Source: Candidatus Bathyarchaeota archaeon
GTDB lineage: Archaea > Thermoproteota > Bathyarchaeia > Bathyarchaeales > Bathycorpusculaceae
Direction: 5' to 3'
NCBI GenBank assembly: GCA_963702095.1
Contig: OY969706.1
Span: 704,001-768,000 of the forward strand
Length of the DNA: 64,000 nucleotides
Below the pieces are notes generated by a model that made no database searches, was not told the DNA's origin, and worked only from the letters and a program-made list of their open reading frames with translations. The translations under genes were made by a program, and so were the position numbers. Every line of letters begins with the position of its first letter. Within the stretch, counting starts at the first letter, position 1. Below are positions 52,982-63,889 of the stretch, piece by piece.

Positions 52982-53080
52982 AACCACCGCTTCTTCAGGC
53001 AGTAATCATAGAACACTAAGACTAATTATGAATTCATAACTCTCTTATTACAAAAACCGATACATTACAAACGATGACAT

Positions 53081-53284
53081 ATGAAACCAATCCATACCAA
53101 TTGGAATCAGTTAATGCATGATTGTCTTCTTATAATCTTTATTTGCGGAACTATTGGTATAGCGATAAAATTCGTAAGCTTCTTCAACCAATGGGTCTAC
53201 TTTCCTTCATTCCCAAACGTGTTCGATGCTTATTTCTTGATTTCAGCCGTAATTTACCTGGGTTGGAAGTCAAGGAAACGTTGA
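53081..53284 (+). CDS. Small two-TM membrane protein
   Basis: Two hydrophobic helices, basic C-terminus. Confidence 0.55.
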   Translation: MKPIHTNWNQLMHDCLLIIFICGTIGIAIKFVSFFNQWVYFPSFPNVFDAYFLISAVIYLGWKSRKR

Positions 53285-53489
53285 TCTAAAAAATAATTGC
53301 CCTATCATGGAGAATGAACTAGAGATCTTTTTCTTCTACCCTTCATTTTACATTCATTTAAATTAGCGCCGGCCAAATAAACGAGCCTAATATATCCCAT
53401 TTTGGAAAGTGCAAGATTGATTTTTCTCCTGTTGCCTTACGGTTAAGTTTATATTTCTTACCTCACCAAGCATCTAACTGGGGGAAGAT

Positions 53490-53591
53490 ATGGAAAATAG
53501 AGAGAGGAAGGGACTACCGCATTTCTTAGATATTGCAGATTCCCTAAGTTCACAGGCGTGGCTTAAATGGGCTGAAAAACAACAAAAATAA
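53490..53591 (+). CDS. Putative 33-aa microprotein
   Basis: MENRERKGLPHFLDIADSLSSQAWLKWAEKQQK; ggggga SD; tttatatt about 40 bp upstream. Confidence 0.4.
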   Translation: MENRERKGLPHFLDIADSLSSQAWLKWAEKQQK

Positions 53592-54041
53592 GAAAGGCCG
53601 ACCGTACCCAGTAGGGTCTCCTCTTGGCAGTAACAATTTCGGTTTGCTCAAGGCAAACTAAGAAAGCATCGTTTGTCTGGACTTGCGATAGAACGGCTAG
53701 CCTATTATCAAATCTTCAGTTAAGTCATCGATGAAAAAGCCTCGCATCTTCGAAAAAGTTTTCAACTCGTCTCTCAAAGCCCTATCTATTTTAGTTTGAG
53801 CTGTTTTACAGAGTTAATCTCTTTCATACACACATCCCGCATGTCAGATTAGTTGTAATTTATTAATTAATTGAATTGCGCGCGCTCGGTTACTGCTTTA
53901 TGAAAAAATGTATGTTTAGAGTAAATTCATTTCCCAAAAAGTAGTATATATTATATATTTATATATAAGATACGACTTTAAATAAGAACATGTCGAGTTT
54001 GAAGACAAAAAAAGGTAAACAACTGTGGAGTTGACCTGTGT

Positions 54042-54494
54042 TTGAGCAAAAAAACTGCTATCTTGATCGTAGATGATGACAAAAACATTCGGGAAACCAT
54101 CAAAGCAATACTTGAAGACGAAAACTATAGTGTTGAAACAGCAACCAATGGAAAGGAAGCAATACAAATGTCTAACAATAAAATGTACAATGTGGCACTC
54201 TTAGACATCCGTCTACCCGATATGGAAGGCGTTGAACTCCTAAAACTAATGAAAGAATACCTTCCAAGGACTAGAAAAATAATGGTCACTGGATTTCCTA
54301 CAATTCAAAATGCAGTGACCGCAGTTAATGAAAGAGCTGATGCTTATCTGTTAAAACCCTTTGATGTCGAAAAACTCCTCGAGATCATAAAAGAACAACT
54401 ACGATTCCAAAGGGAAGAAAAAGAATTTACTGAAATAAAGGTAGCTGAATTCATTGATGCCCGAATAAAAGATTTAACGCGGCGTCAAAGTTAG
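54042..54494 (+). CDS. Stand-alone response regulator receiver protein
   Basis: ILIVDDD, LLDIRLPDMEG, MVTG and YLLKPF motifs. Confidence 0.95.
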   Translation: MSKKTAILIVDDDKNIRETIKAILEDENYSVETATNGKEAIQMSNNKMYNVALLDIRLPDMEGVELLKLMKEYLPRTRKIMVTGFPTIQNAVTAVNERADAYLLKPFDVEKLLEIIKEQLRFQREEKEFTEIKVAEFIDARIKDLTRRQS

Positions 54495-54723
54495 AATCAT
54501 TTTTTGCTATTCCTATTATAGCAGAACGTTTTTGGAGTTCAATGGTTAATTCATCATATAATCGAACCTGATACCTTGGAAATCCTCTTTCAAATAAAAG
54601 CCGTAAAAGATGGCTCAAAATAAATTAAGGAACCTAGTCAATCAAAATTTCTAAAAATGAATTTCGCATTCATAAGCGATATATCAATCAAAACAAAATA
54701 TTAACAATTATCGGATGAGAAAC

Positions 54724-54873
54724 ATGACTAAATGCCCGAAATGTGGAAAACAGGTGCCTGAAAAAGGTTGGACAATGCATAATGAATCTACAGAAACGGG
54801 GAAAAAAACCGATATCACCTTTGGTATGTGTGAAGACTGTGCTTTAATAGTGATCTTAAAGATGGAAAAATAG
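54724..54873 (+). CDS. 49-aa zinc-ribbon protein resembling Cren7-like chromatin proteins (not in ORF track)
   Basis: MTKCPKCGKQVPEKGWTMHNESTETGKKTDITFGMCEDCALIVILKMEK. Confidence 0.6.
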   Translation: MTKCPKCGKQVPEKGWTMHNESTETGKKTDITFGMCEDCALIVILKMEK

Positions 54874-54898
54874 AGCTCGTTGACAATTAATTTCGATT

Positions 54899-55492
54899 TT
54901 AATTGATGGTTATTTTGCTAAAAGGAAATTGTTTTTTGTTTTTGACATATTGAAAATTAATAGTTATAGGCTTACTAAACTTACCAAAATTCTTTGGCCA
55001 AAATCTGACCTCGGGGAAACCATAAACTAACTTATCAACATCTAAACTTACGTAAATTTGGTGCCGGTAATAATCTCTCATTTTTAGCGCTTTGCTGTAT
55101 TGAGTGGCTTTCTGTTCTAAGGTTTTTAGTTGCTGAAACACCGTTTTTCCCGCTAACTCCGCTCCAAGCTTCTCACCCCACTCCCTGTTCCATAACTTCA
55201 ACTGATGCCGAAATTTACTTTCCTGATAAGATCGAAGTTTAGCAATATCTCGCCTAACGGTGCGCTCGCTAACACCTAAGCGTTCTGCTAATTGACGCTG
55301 TGTTAGTTGCTCCTTCTCTAACAGACATAAGACACCCAGACGTTGCTTGCGCTCCTTCCAATACTGCCCCGTAGTCTTATAGTACTTCTCAACCCTCCTA
55401 TACGATGCCTTTTTACGTACCAAACCAATCACCGAACAGAGAAATATGCCACCGAAAACACAAAAATCTTTCACACGAAAAACAATATCCAA
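54899..55492 (-). CDS. HTH domain protein; true start probably near 55430
   Basis: LTQRQLAERLGVSERTVRRDIAKL HTH motif. Confidence 0.75.
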   Translation of the reverse strand: MDIVFRVKDFCVFGGIFLCSVIGLVRKKASYRRVEKYYKTTGQYWKERKQRLGVLCLLEKEQLTQRQLAERLGVSERTVRRDIAKLRSYQESKFRHQLKLWNREWGEKLGAELAGKTVFQQLKTLEQKATQYSKALKMRDYYRHQIYVSLDVDKLVYGFPEVRFWPKNFGKFSKPITINFQYVKNKKQFPFSKITIN

Positions 55493-55857
55493 GCCCTAGA
55501 ACAAAAAAATACCAAGAAAAAAAGCCAATTGCAAAACAAAAAAACAGCAAAACCCATCAAATCTGAAAAAACCGGACAAATTTCAACATTGCACTACCAA
55601 AGTTTTACATCGGTTTCTACACTTTTTGGCAAACACACAAAAAACAAATCAGCAATCTATTTCAGAAAATAACCGGGTAAGTCCATACATCAATAGTTAC
55701 AACTCAAAGCATAGACCATTCATTCGCCAAATATACTAAAAAAATATACGGGTAGACAGGTTTTTCAAAGAGAAAAGGAGCCAAATTGAAAAAGCATAAC
55801 ATTTGTTGAGAAAGGGGTATAAACCGTCTTGCCCCACTACCATAATGCGGTTTTAAC

Positions 55858-56433
55858 ATGAAACGTGACGAGCGGACTCTTGAACGCATCTACGAGAAAG
55901 ACAAAGCCACCGACGCATTCATCATCAGCATAGCCCTAGACCGCTATGTAGATGTTTTCAACGAGTTAGATTCTGCACCTTGGCGGCGAAGAGACCTCGA
56001 CCACGACCTACGCCTATTCCTCGAAGACTGCTCCTCCGACATACCCCTCAAATACGACATCATCATACAGTTCAACGTAGAACAGGAAAAACAGGACCCT
56101 ATCAAAGAGGAACGATTAAAAGTCGGGTTAAAAACTTACTTCACTTTTGTCCGAAGTGGTTTACAGAGGAAAATTCGGCGCAGCTACGAACGCAGCCTCA
56201 TCTATGGCGTCGTTGCTTTCTTTTTGATTTTTGCCTCCTACACCTTAGCCGCTCTCTCCACTACCCCGCTACTGGTTTCCCTCTTCGATGTAGTTGCCAT
56301 CGGCGGCTGGGTTTTCCTCTGGGAAGCCATTTCAACACTTGCATTTCTAGGACGTGACGCACGGGAACGGCTTAGGACTTATCAACGGTTTAGCATCTCT
56401 GAGGTCCGCTTCACCTATACACAGCCCACTTAA
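55858..56433 (+). CDS. Hypothetical membrane protein (two TM)
   Basis: FNELD.AP...RDLD and IGGWVFLWEA motifs; clean ORF. Confidence 0.75.
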   Translation: MKRDERTLERIYEKDKATDAFIISIALDRYVDVFNELDSAPWRRRDLDHDLRLFLEDCSSDIPLKYDIIIQFNVEQEKQDPIKEERLKVGLKTYFTFVRSGLQRKIRRSYERSLIYGVVAFFLIFASYTLAALSTTPLLVSLFDVVAIGGWVFLWEAISTLAFLGRDARERLRTYQRFSISEVRFTYTQPT

Positions 56434-57494
56434 CCCTCTTTTGCTTGTCCCCAAGTTTTCCTGTGACCGTTGAAACAAGAATTCTCTCAGTAGTATGTGA
56501 CATAACAAGCATAGACACAAACTATCGAATGTACTCGAAAAGATTTGCTACTGGTTTAGTTAAGTGGCATCTCATGCTGTCGAAATTAACCCTACCCAAT
56601 CTCGGGTGTTACCCAAAGATTAGCTTAGTTTAGTGAGTGTGAATTTTAACTTCAGTTAAAAATTCGAGTAAAAAAAATGTATGTGTGTGATTGAAGCATC
56701 AAGACACCATGTACAGTCGTAAAACACCGATAAAAAAATACAAGAGTGCCCACCAAAATCCGAATATTTAGTATACGGTAAAAAAGGTTAATTCCTGATG
56801 GTCGCGATGCACACAGCAAACACTAAAAGGCTAATACTCCTCTAACTGGCAGAATATAGACTGAACCATGATGCACTCGAAAAACTACCGGTGTCGTACC
56901 AATCAACCCCTTTCTGGGAGGAAAACCACTCGCTTCGTCCATAGCGAACATTTTGCCTATGGCTCAAGAGAAGGAACTAAAAACGAAATATATGAAAAAA
57001 TCCGATAGCTACAGCTATATTTTCCATGTGCGTAAACTAATTATGTAATATAGCCGAATTAATATAAAAGTTTCTCACTATTTCATTTGAAGATGCAATA
57101 AAACTGAAAAAAGATCTAACTTTTCTGATATGCTTTAAAGCTTAGCTGGTTGAAAATCTATCGCAAAGATTTCTACAAGCTTTATGCATCCCAAATCTCT
57201 TTCCTTAATTACTTTCTTCGGATTCTTAATGTCTCCAATAGTATACCTCCTTGTTTACTCAATATCGCGCCAAAAAACCTGTTCCGCAGGACTTTTAGAC
57301 TATGAACAGCACTTATATTTATGGCGCTACCAAAAAATGCTGAAAAACCCTTGAGAACCCTCTTGCAGTAACAAAATAATATGTGTGTTATGGATAAATC
57401 GATGAAGAAATTACCTTTTTCTATTAAAGGGAAAAAGCCTTTTTAACTGCTTTTTTGTTTCAGTGACTCATCGTTTTCTGGGAATTCTCACAAA

Positions 57495-57869
57495 TTAGTT
57501 TTGGTAAGATAATTTGGTGAGAAAAAGGGGTTCGAAAAAAAGGGCTGTCAAATATACTCTGAGGCGTTTGGCGCAAAAACTTAGATTGTTGAAGCGCTGG
57601 TGGGACATCTGCTGGTCTTCTGAACTACTTGCGTAGGTGCGCCTTTCTCTTTTTCTCCAGCCAAACTCTAAAGCTTCTTTTTCGGTCATTGGCTTAATGA
57701 TCAGTTGGTTTTTCTTCTCGTCAATTTCAACGGAGCAGGGGGCGCCTATTTTAAAAGGGAATGCTGTGTCTTCGGTGACTTTAGTCGGAATGTATACCCA
57801 AATTCTTGCGTATTCTTTTCCTTTGCTTGCGGTTTTTCTGCCCATGATTGTTCCTACGCCTGAGCGCAC
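57495..57869 (-). CDS. AbrB-like swapped-hairpin DNA-binding protein
   Basis: K.Y.RIWVYIPTKVTEDTAFPFK.G....VEID....LII pattern. Confidence 0.65.
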   Translation of the reverse strand: MRSGVGTIMGRKTASKGKEYARIWVYIPTKVTEDTAFPFKIGAPCSVEIDEKKNQLIIKPMTEKEALEFGWRKRERRTYASSSEDQQMSHQRFNNLSFCAKRLRVYLTALFFEPLFLTKLSYQN

Positions 57870-58048
57870 AAAATCGCAAAAGTTATTTTATGGCTTGTAG
57901 GTGCTCTAACAGTTTTTATCCTTTTTCTGGGGGTTGATAGACCGTTCTAGCCGGTCTTGAGTCAATTATGGGCCGCTTGATTGAGCCTAAAGCTGTAAGT
58001 TACAGATTTGAAGTAGTAGTTGTTCTATTGTGTTGAAGATTTGCCTTT

Positions 58049-58207
58049 TTAAAATTTGATTTCGCCTTTTTCTATGAGTTCTTTCGCTTTACGTATTGAG
58101 AATTGAACTGCGTGGCTTCTGTCGGCAAAGTGGCCTTTTGTTATCTCTTCGTCCATCCATTTAATCAATTCGGGTGGAACGCTTACGGTTAATCTAACTT
58201 TTACCAT
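58049..58207 (-). CDS. Ribbon-helix-helix (CopG-like) protein
   Basis: MVKVRLTVSVPPELIKWMDEEITKGHFADRSHAVQ. Confidence 0.85.
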   Translation of the reverse strand: MVKVRLTVSVPPELIKWMDEEITKGHFADRSHAVQFSIRKAKELIEKGEIKF

Positions 58208-58349
58208 TTTGTTACCTAAATGGGTATTGTTGCAGTGTTTTTTAGAGCTTGTCCACACTTGTACACGTTACTGTTGCATTCGTAAGCAAACGTTATATTT
58301 GGAAAGCGTGTTATAAGAGCTTGAATTGCGGATAAACGAGGGAAAGATT

Positions 58350-59204
58350 GTGCAAACACCTCTGACAGAACCACCATCTCAAGCGTTTAATCACTTCGGT
58401 TTGGGTGGGGTTGGTTTGGAGGGGGTGGAGGTTTTGGCGGGTTTGGGTTTAACGGGGCGGCAGGCACGCGTGTATCTGGCGCTGCTCAAAGTTGGGGTTG
58501 TTAGGGCCCGGGTGGTTGCTTCTATGGCGGGTGTTCCTCGTCAGGAGGTTTATGGTTTGCTTTTTGAGTTGCAGCAGATGGGTTTGGTTAGGCAGAATTT
58601 GACTGTACCAGTAAGTTATGTTGCTTTGCCTATTGCTGAGGCTGTAGCGCTGCTGCTTGAACAGAAAACCAATGAGTTGGTGTTGGTGACTCAGAGGGCT
58701 AAACGTTTAACAACTAGACTTAGCCAAGCACGGCTAGTCTCTCTTGTTGAGGCATCTAAGCCCTGTTTTGGAGAGGTCTGTGAAGGCGAAAGGGGCAAAC
58801 GGTATCAAACCGCCATTGAACAGGCGCAGCATTCGATCGACGCTTTACTTAGCTGGGCACGGTTTAAACAGCTATGCTTCCACTTCGAAAATCAACTGAT
58901 AGACGCACTCAAAAAAGGCGTCGAAATACGCCTAATCGCTGAGAAGCCGGCAAATCATAACTTGCCAAGGTGGGTTAATCCAACAGGAAAAAAATACGCT
59001 AATTTCCAACTAAAACTCCTCTCCACTCCACCCGAGGCAGCGGTCATGATATTTGACGGTGCCAAGCTAGCGTTGGCTTTTAACCCATACCTCAGACTTA
59101 CCAAAGGGCCTGACCTTTGGACCCGCCACCCGGCGCTGCTTGCTTCCTATCCGGCATTTTTTGAGTCGGTGTGGGCAAAAACAGAAAATCATCCATTGCC
59201 CTAA
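58350..59204 (+). CDS. TrmB family transcriptional regulator
   Basis: Paralog of 40075..40908; GTG at 58350 gives QTPLTEPP, matching MQTPLTKPP. Confidence 0.9.
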   Translation: MQTPLTEPPSQAFNHFGLGGVGLEGVEVLAGLGLTGRQARVYLALLKVGVVRARVVASMAGVPRQEVYGLLFELQQMGLVRQNLTVPVSYVALPIAEAVALLLEQKTNELVLVTQRAKRLTTRLSQARLVSLVEASKPCFGEVCEGERGKRYQTAIEQAQHSIDALLSWARFKQLCFHFENQLIDALKKGVEIRLIAEKPANHNLPRWVNPTGKKYANFQLKLLSTPPEAAVMIFDGAKLALAFNPYLRLTKGPDLWTRHPALLASYPAFFESVWAKTENHPLP

Positions 59205-59347
59205 CGAAAACAGCTCTTCTCTGCATATCACTTCACGGCTGTGCTTTTTGCAGTTGCGGTTTGTCAGTCGACCGCTGCATTTCACCCTAATAAGTAGCAT
59301 GAACAGCGTTCCCTATTCTCTATAAAAAACAGGAGAAAAACAGAAAA

Positions 59348-61872
59348 ATGGAATCGATAAATTTGTTTAATGGAAACATAACCAAGACGACAATTACAGT
59401 GCTTTTGATGTTAACTATTGCTGTCTCAATGGTCGCTCTACAACCAATCGACACTGCACAAGCCGCAGAATACCTTAACCCTGCCGACATAGCAGTCGAA
59501 CCAAACCCAGTAGGCATAGGACAAAGCGTACTAGTAACCTTCTTTTTAGTCAACCCCACACCAAACGCAGTCGCCGGCTTTAATCCCGACAAAAACTGGA
59601 ACAACTTCAAACTAACAATAACCACCCCAAGCGGAAAGACCCAAACCTATGGACCATACACATCCGATGCAAGCGGCGGCAACTACATGTCATACATACC
59701 AGAAGAAGTTGGCAACTACACATTCTTCTTCTCATTCCCCGGACAGACAATAGGTAGCGACTACTACAAACCTGCAAACGCAACCACCACCCTAACCGTA
59801 CAAGAAGAACCAATCAAAGAATACCAAACACCCGCAATACCAACCGAATACTGGACACGCCCCATCTACGGCGAAAACAGAGGATGGTACACAATAGGCG
59901 GAAACTGGCTCAGAGGCTTCTACAACAACACAGTGAAATTCAACCCATACACCACCGCCCCAAACACCGCTCACATCGTATGGACAAAACAACAATACAT
60001 GGCAGGCATCGTTGGAGGAGCCAACTTTGATGAATCAGGCAACGCATTAACCTACTACCAAGGACCAATCTACCAAAACTACTTCGTCCCACCCCTAATA
60101 ATCAGCGGAAGACTCTACTACATGGAAAGAGACGTCGCCGGCAACGGCTTCACCGGATTACACTGTGTCGACATACGAACGGGTAAACAACTATGGTTCC
60201 AAGATGTTTCGGTAATAGGAGCCACAACCAGTCTCTACGGCCAAATATTCAACGCTAACGGAGCAAACGGCGCAGGCACAGAGGCTTTCATATGGAGCAT
60301 AACTGGCGTAAACTGGACAGTCTTCGACGCAAACACAGGACGACAATTATATACAGTAACTAACGTTACACAAGGAACTGGGACAGTTTCAGGACCACAA
60401 TTACTCAATTGTGAAGTAGACTCAATGGGTTCGATAATCGCTTACTATATAGATGGAACAAACAACTGGCTATTAAAATGGAATTCAACCCTAATGCTAA
60501 GCGCATATGCAGGCAATCTTGCAATGAACATATACTCGCCGCCAGTGGGACAGACAATCGATTGGAAAAAAGGCATAGAATGGAACGTAACAATAACCCC
60601 AAGAGACGGCATACTAAGCTTCGGGCTCACTGGATCACCTGGTAGCAACAACGGAATCACATACACCGATGGAAATGTCCTCTTCGCAGCAACAGCAAGC
60701 ATAAACACCCCTGTAAACAACTTTACAATGGTAGCCTACAGCTGTGAAACTGGACGTGAATTGTGGTACAGCAACTTCACCGACGTATTCACACCTGGAT
60801 CAACCAACTTTGAATTCTTGGCCCACTCTATGATGGCGTAGTAACCATATACAATCGAAACATGAAACAATGGTACGGCTATAACGAGTACACGGGGGCA
60901 CAATTATGGGGACCAACAGAAGCCTACGATTATGCATGGGACGCATTCACATCTAGCACCTGTGGCTATGGCAAACTCTTCGTCGGAACCTATGCAGGCA
61001 ACATCTACTGCCACGACTTAAAGAACGGTTCTTTGCTATGGACATATAATCTCCCATCCAGCGGGTATGCCACTCCCTACGGTGGATATCCCCTTATGGG
61101 CGGTATTACTGTCGCTGACGGAAAAATCTATGCAGCCACAGGTGAACACACACCCAATTCGCCCTATTGGCTTGGCGCCGCAATGTACTGCATAAACGCA
61201 TCTACCGGCGAGTTAATATACAAAATGCCCGGCTGGTGGAGCAGCAGCCCATTCATCGCAGATGGCTACGCACTTGACGAAAACTGTTATGATGGAACCA
61301 TCTACTCTTTTGGCAAAGGACAGACCGCTGTCACAGTCTCAGCACCCGACACCGCAATAACTCTTGGACAGAACATCGTAATCAAGGGCACAGTTATGGA
61401 CAAATCCCCAGGCGCAACGGATTACGCCGGCAATCAGCTCAATACAGAAGACTCACCAGCGATAGCTGATGAATTCATGACACAGTGGATGGAGTACCTC
61501 TATCAGCAGAAGCCCCTGCCAACCAACGCTACAGGCGTGCCCGTCTCTATTGACGTCATTGACGGCAATGGCAACTTCCGCAACATTGGCAGCACCACAA
61601 GCGACGCCACAGGCGCCTACAGCTACGTATGGCAACCTGACATCCCCGGCAAATACACCCTCACCGCATCTTTCGCTGGCTCAGAATCCTACTACAGTTC
61701 AGTTGCTGAAACCGCTTTCGCCGTCACTGAAGCTCCTTCAAAACCCCAACCGACCGAGTTGCCGCAATCTACAGCTGACCTCTACTTTGTGCCTGCAGTC
61801 GTTGGCATTATCATCGCTATTGTCATCGTCGGCGCTTTGCTGGCATTGCTGCTGCTAAGAAAACACCCATAA
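59348..61872 (+). CDS. PQQ-like beta-propeller repeat surface protein with C-terminal TM anchor; frameshift near 60818
   Basis: PNPVGIGQ, PTEYWTRPI, APNTAHIVWTK, D.RTG..LW, GEHTP and YCINASTG motifs; the two ORFs join by adding one T in ttcttggc. Confidence 0.85.
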
Positions 61873-62117
61873 AACGCCAAAAACCAAGTTCCTTCCCCTT
61901 TTTTTGGGCAGACAAATGCATTGAAAAACATGGGCTGAGTGGGCTCTGGATGGAAAATTGAAATGATCGCGGTTGAAGAATGGTTTGTTGCATTTTCCAT
62001 TCTTTTCTCCTTTAGTTGGGTCCAGAGCCCCAGCAAACCCCGTATGTGAACAACCGTTAATCCCATAATTTTTCCCTTGTTTACCATAGCTCTAAACCGA
62101 TTCGGGCTCAAATCTCT

Positions 62118-62280
62118 ATGAGTTCAACCACCGTCAAATCAACAACTTCTCCCAAAGGCAGATCAAGGAAAAATACACTACAGAACGCACAATAAAAAAC
62201 GGCGTCCAAGTTACTCTTCGACCCATTGAATGCACCGATCAAGCGCTCTTAAAGACGTTTTTAGGTCGCTATCTCCAGCC
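62118..62280 (+). pseudogene. GNAT/acyl-CoA-synthetase-associated acetyltransferase N-terminal fragment
   Basis: KYTTERTIKNGVQVTLRPIECTDQALL/DVFRSLS resembles the LRPI...D...L..F..LS motif. Confidence 0.45.
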
Positions 62281-62371
62281 AGACAGGAAGGGGTTGAAAG
62301 TGAAGTCAACCGACGGCGGAATAATAGAGACGACTCTATCCCTCACATAGGCAGAGCCATTAACCCAGCCG

Positions 62372-62635
62372 CTAAAGCCCTTTTTCTTGTTTGCTTAGCC
62401 ACTGATCAAGTGCCTCGAGTTGCTGGTCCCGCTGCTCCTGAGTTTCCTGGCGGTTCATGGCTTCTTCGAGGTGATGCTGTCCCAATTCTTGGCGGCGAAG
62501 TTCCTCTTGGTATTTATCTTTCAAAATTCCAAGCCTCCATTTGATGATGGGCAGAACGGGTGATTTATGAGTTTTTAGGAGATGCCGCATTATGCCAGTA
62601 GCATCCTGTCCCAAGGCAAACCAGTACTTGCCCGA
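62372..62635 (-). CDS. Small helical hypothetical protein downstream of the 4Fe-4S membrane protein
   Basis: Frame open from directly after the upstream stop codon; charged coiled-coil-like C-terminal half. Confidence 0.5.
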   Translation of the reverse strand, partial: SGKYWFALGQDATGIMRHLLKTHKSPVLPIIKWRLGILKDKYQEELRRQELGQHHLEEAMNRQETQEQRDQQLEALDQWLSKQEKGL

Positions 62636-63883
62636 TCAATCTGCCTGCGTGGGTGATGCTTTGTTTTCCGGCAGCCAATTCCGAGACTCCGCCAATGTCT
62701 TACCAGCAAACGTCAACTTCAACGCGCCCTCATAGGGGCATATTTCCACGCATCGAGCACAAAGCATACAGCGGGATTCAGTTACGTCGCCGCCTTTTTT
62801 CTCATACATCGCCGTTGCCTGTGTGGGGCAGACCCGTTTGCAGACACCGCATTTTGTGCATTTTTCCTCGTTTTTTATCAGCTTTGTTAGTGCAATCTGT
62901 TTAAACGGTGTGAAAGAGCTACATAGTGCCGTTAAAGCGCCAAGGGGGCAGATGCGGCACCAGAACCGCCGATACGCCAACGCCACAATCGTCACTGCGA
63001 TGAGAACTGCAACGTTGATGGAAGTCAAGTAGAATCCGCCGATCCATAAGGGTCCATACGCTATTTGAGAAACATAACTGTACTTCATGGCGCCGACGGC
63101 GCACTCCGCTAAAATGCACAGGGGACGAGCAGGACAGATGAGGCAGAAGGGTTCGTTGACATAGCTTACGATGCCTGCTTCGGTGCCTTCGGGACCGCCA
63201 GGTATGGTGCCGGGGATGAGTTCGGTGCCGAAAATCGCGTAGGAAGCGAAAACTACGCTTAGAATCAGAAATACGGCAATTATGATGTAGCGGGATTGTC
63301 CTAACTTAGCGCTGGTTTTATCAGAGAAACTTAAGTGTTTAAGACGTGTGGCTTTTCGGATACGGGTTAACAGGTCTTGGTATAACCCGAATGGGCAGAG
63401 CCAACCGCAGAATGCGCGGCCCAAAATAATCGCCGACGCAGCCAACAACCCTATCACGATGCCGATCTTCTCTAACCCTGAAGTTGAATAGAACACTTCG
63501 TAGCCTCGGGGGTAATTCCAGAACGGGAAAATGTATGCCTGTAACTGCCAAATGGGGCAAGTCACGGTGCGACCGTTTGGGTAATAGCATGCTAGGATGG
63601 GAATAGATATGCCGTCGGGAAACTGGTTGCCTAAGACGTCGGCGCCTATGAGGTGGTCACGTGGAGATGGTCCAAGCGGCGCAAACAGCGGCGTGTTGAA
63701 TGGACCAAGGAGTAATCCCATGAATACGGCGAAGACGGCGGCGACTTGGATGAAGAGGCGTAGGGTGCTGATTTTGCGGGTTTTATCTTTGGATAGTTTG
63801 AGGATGAGGATGACGCCGATGACGACGATTGCTATGTAGATGGGGACGACGAGTAGCGGTGAGTTTTCGGTTACGACGGACAA
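62636..63883 (-). CDS. NapH/MauN-like 4Fe-4S-binding membrane protein
   Basis: GRAFCGWLCPFG, RFWCRICPLG, CTKCGVCKRVCP and CMLCARCVEICP motifs. Confidence 0.92.
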   Translation of the reverse strand: MSVVTENSPLLVVPIYIAIVVIGVILILKLSKDKTRKISTLRLFIQVAAVFAVFMGLLLGPFNTPLFAPLGPSPRDHLIGADVLGNQFPDGISIPILACYYPNGRTVTCPIWQLQAYIFPFWNYPRGYEVFYSTSGLEKIGIVIGLLAASAIILGRAFCGWLCPFGLYQDLLTRIRKATRLKHLSFSDKTSAKLGQSRYIIIAVFLILSVVFASYAIFGTELIPGTIPGGPEGTEAGIVSYVNEPFCLICPARPLCILAECAVGAMKYSYVSQIAYGPLWIGGFYLTSINVAVLIAVTIVALAYRRFWCRICPLGALTALCSSFTPFKQIALTKLIKNEEKCTKCGVCKRVCPTQATAMYEKKGGDVTESRCMLCARCVEICPYEGALKLTFAGKTLAESRNWLPENKASPTQAD

Positions 63884-63889
63884 TCTTTT

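Noticed and set aside
35530-55690. T-rich leaders before the AbrB (35712) and HTH (54899) genes as ends of a mobile element
   Set aside because: Similarity is mostly compositional; no terminal inverted repeat, target duplication or transposase
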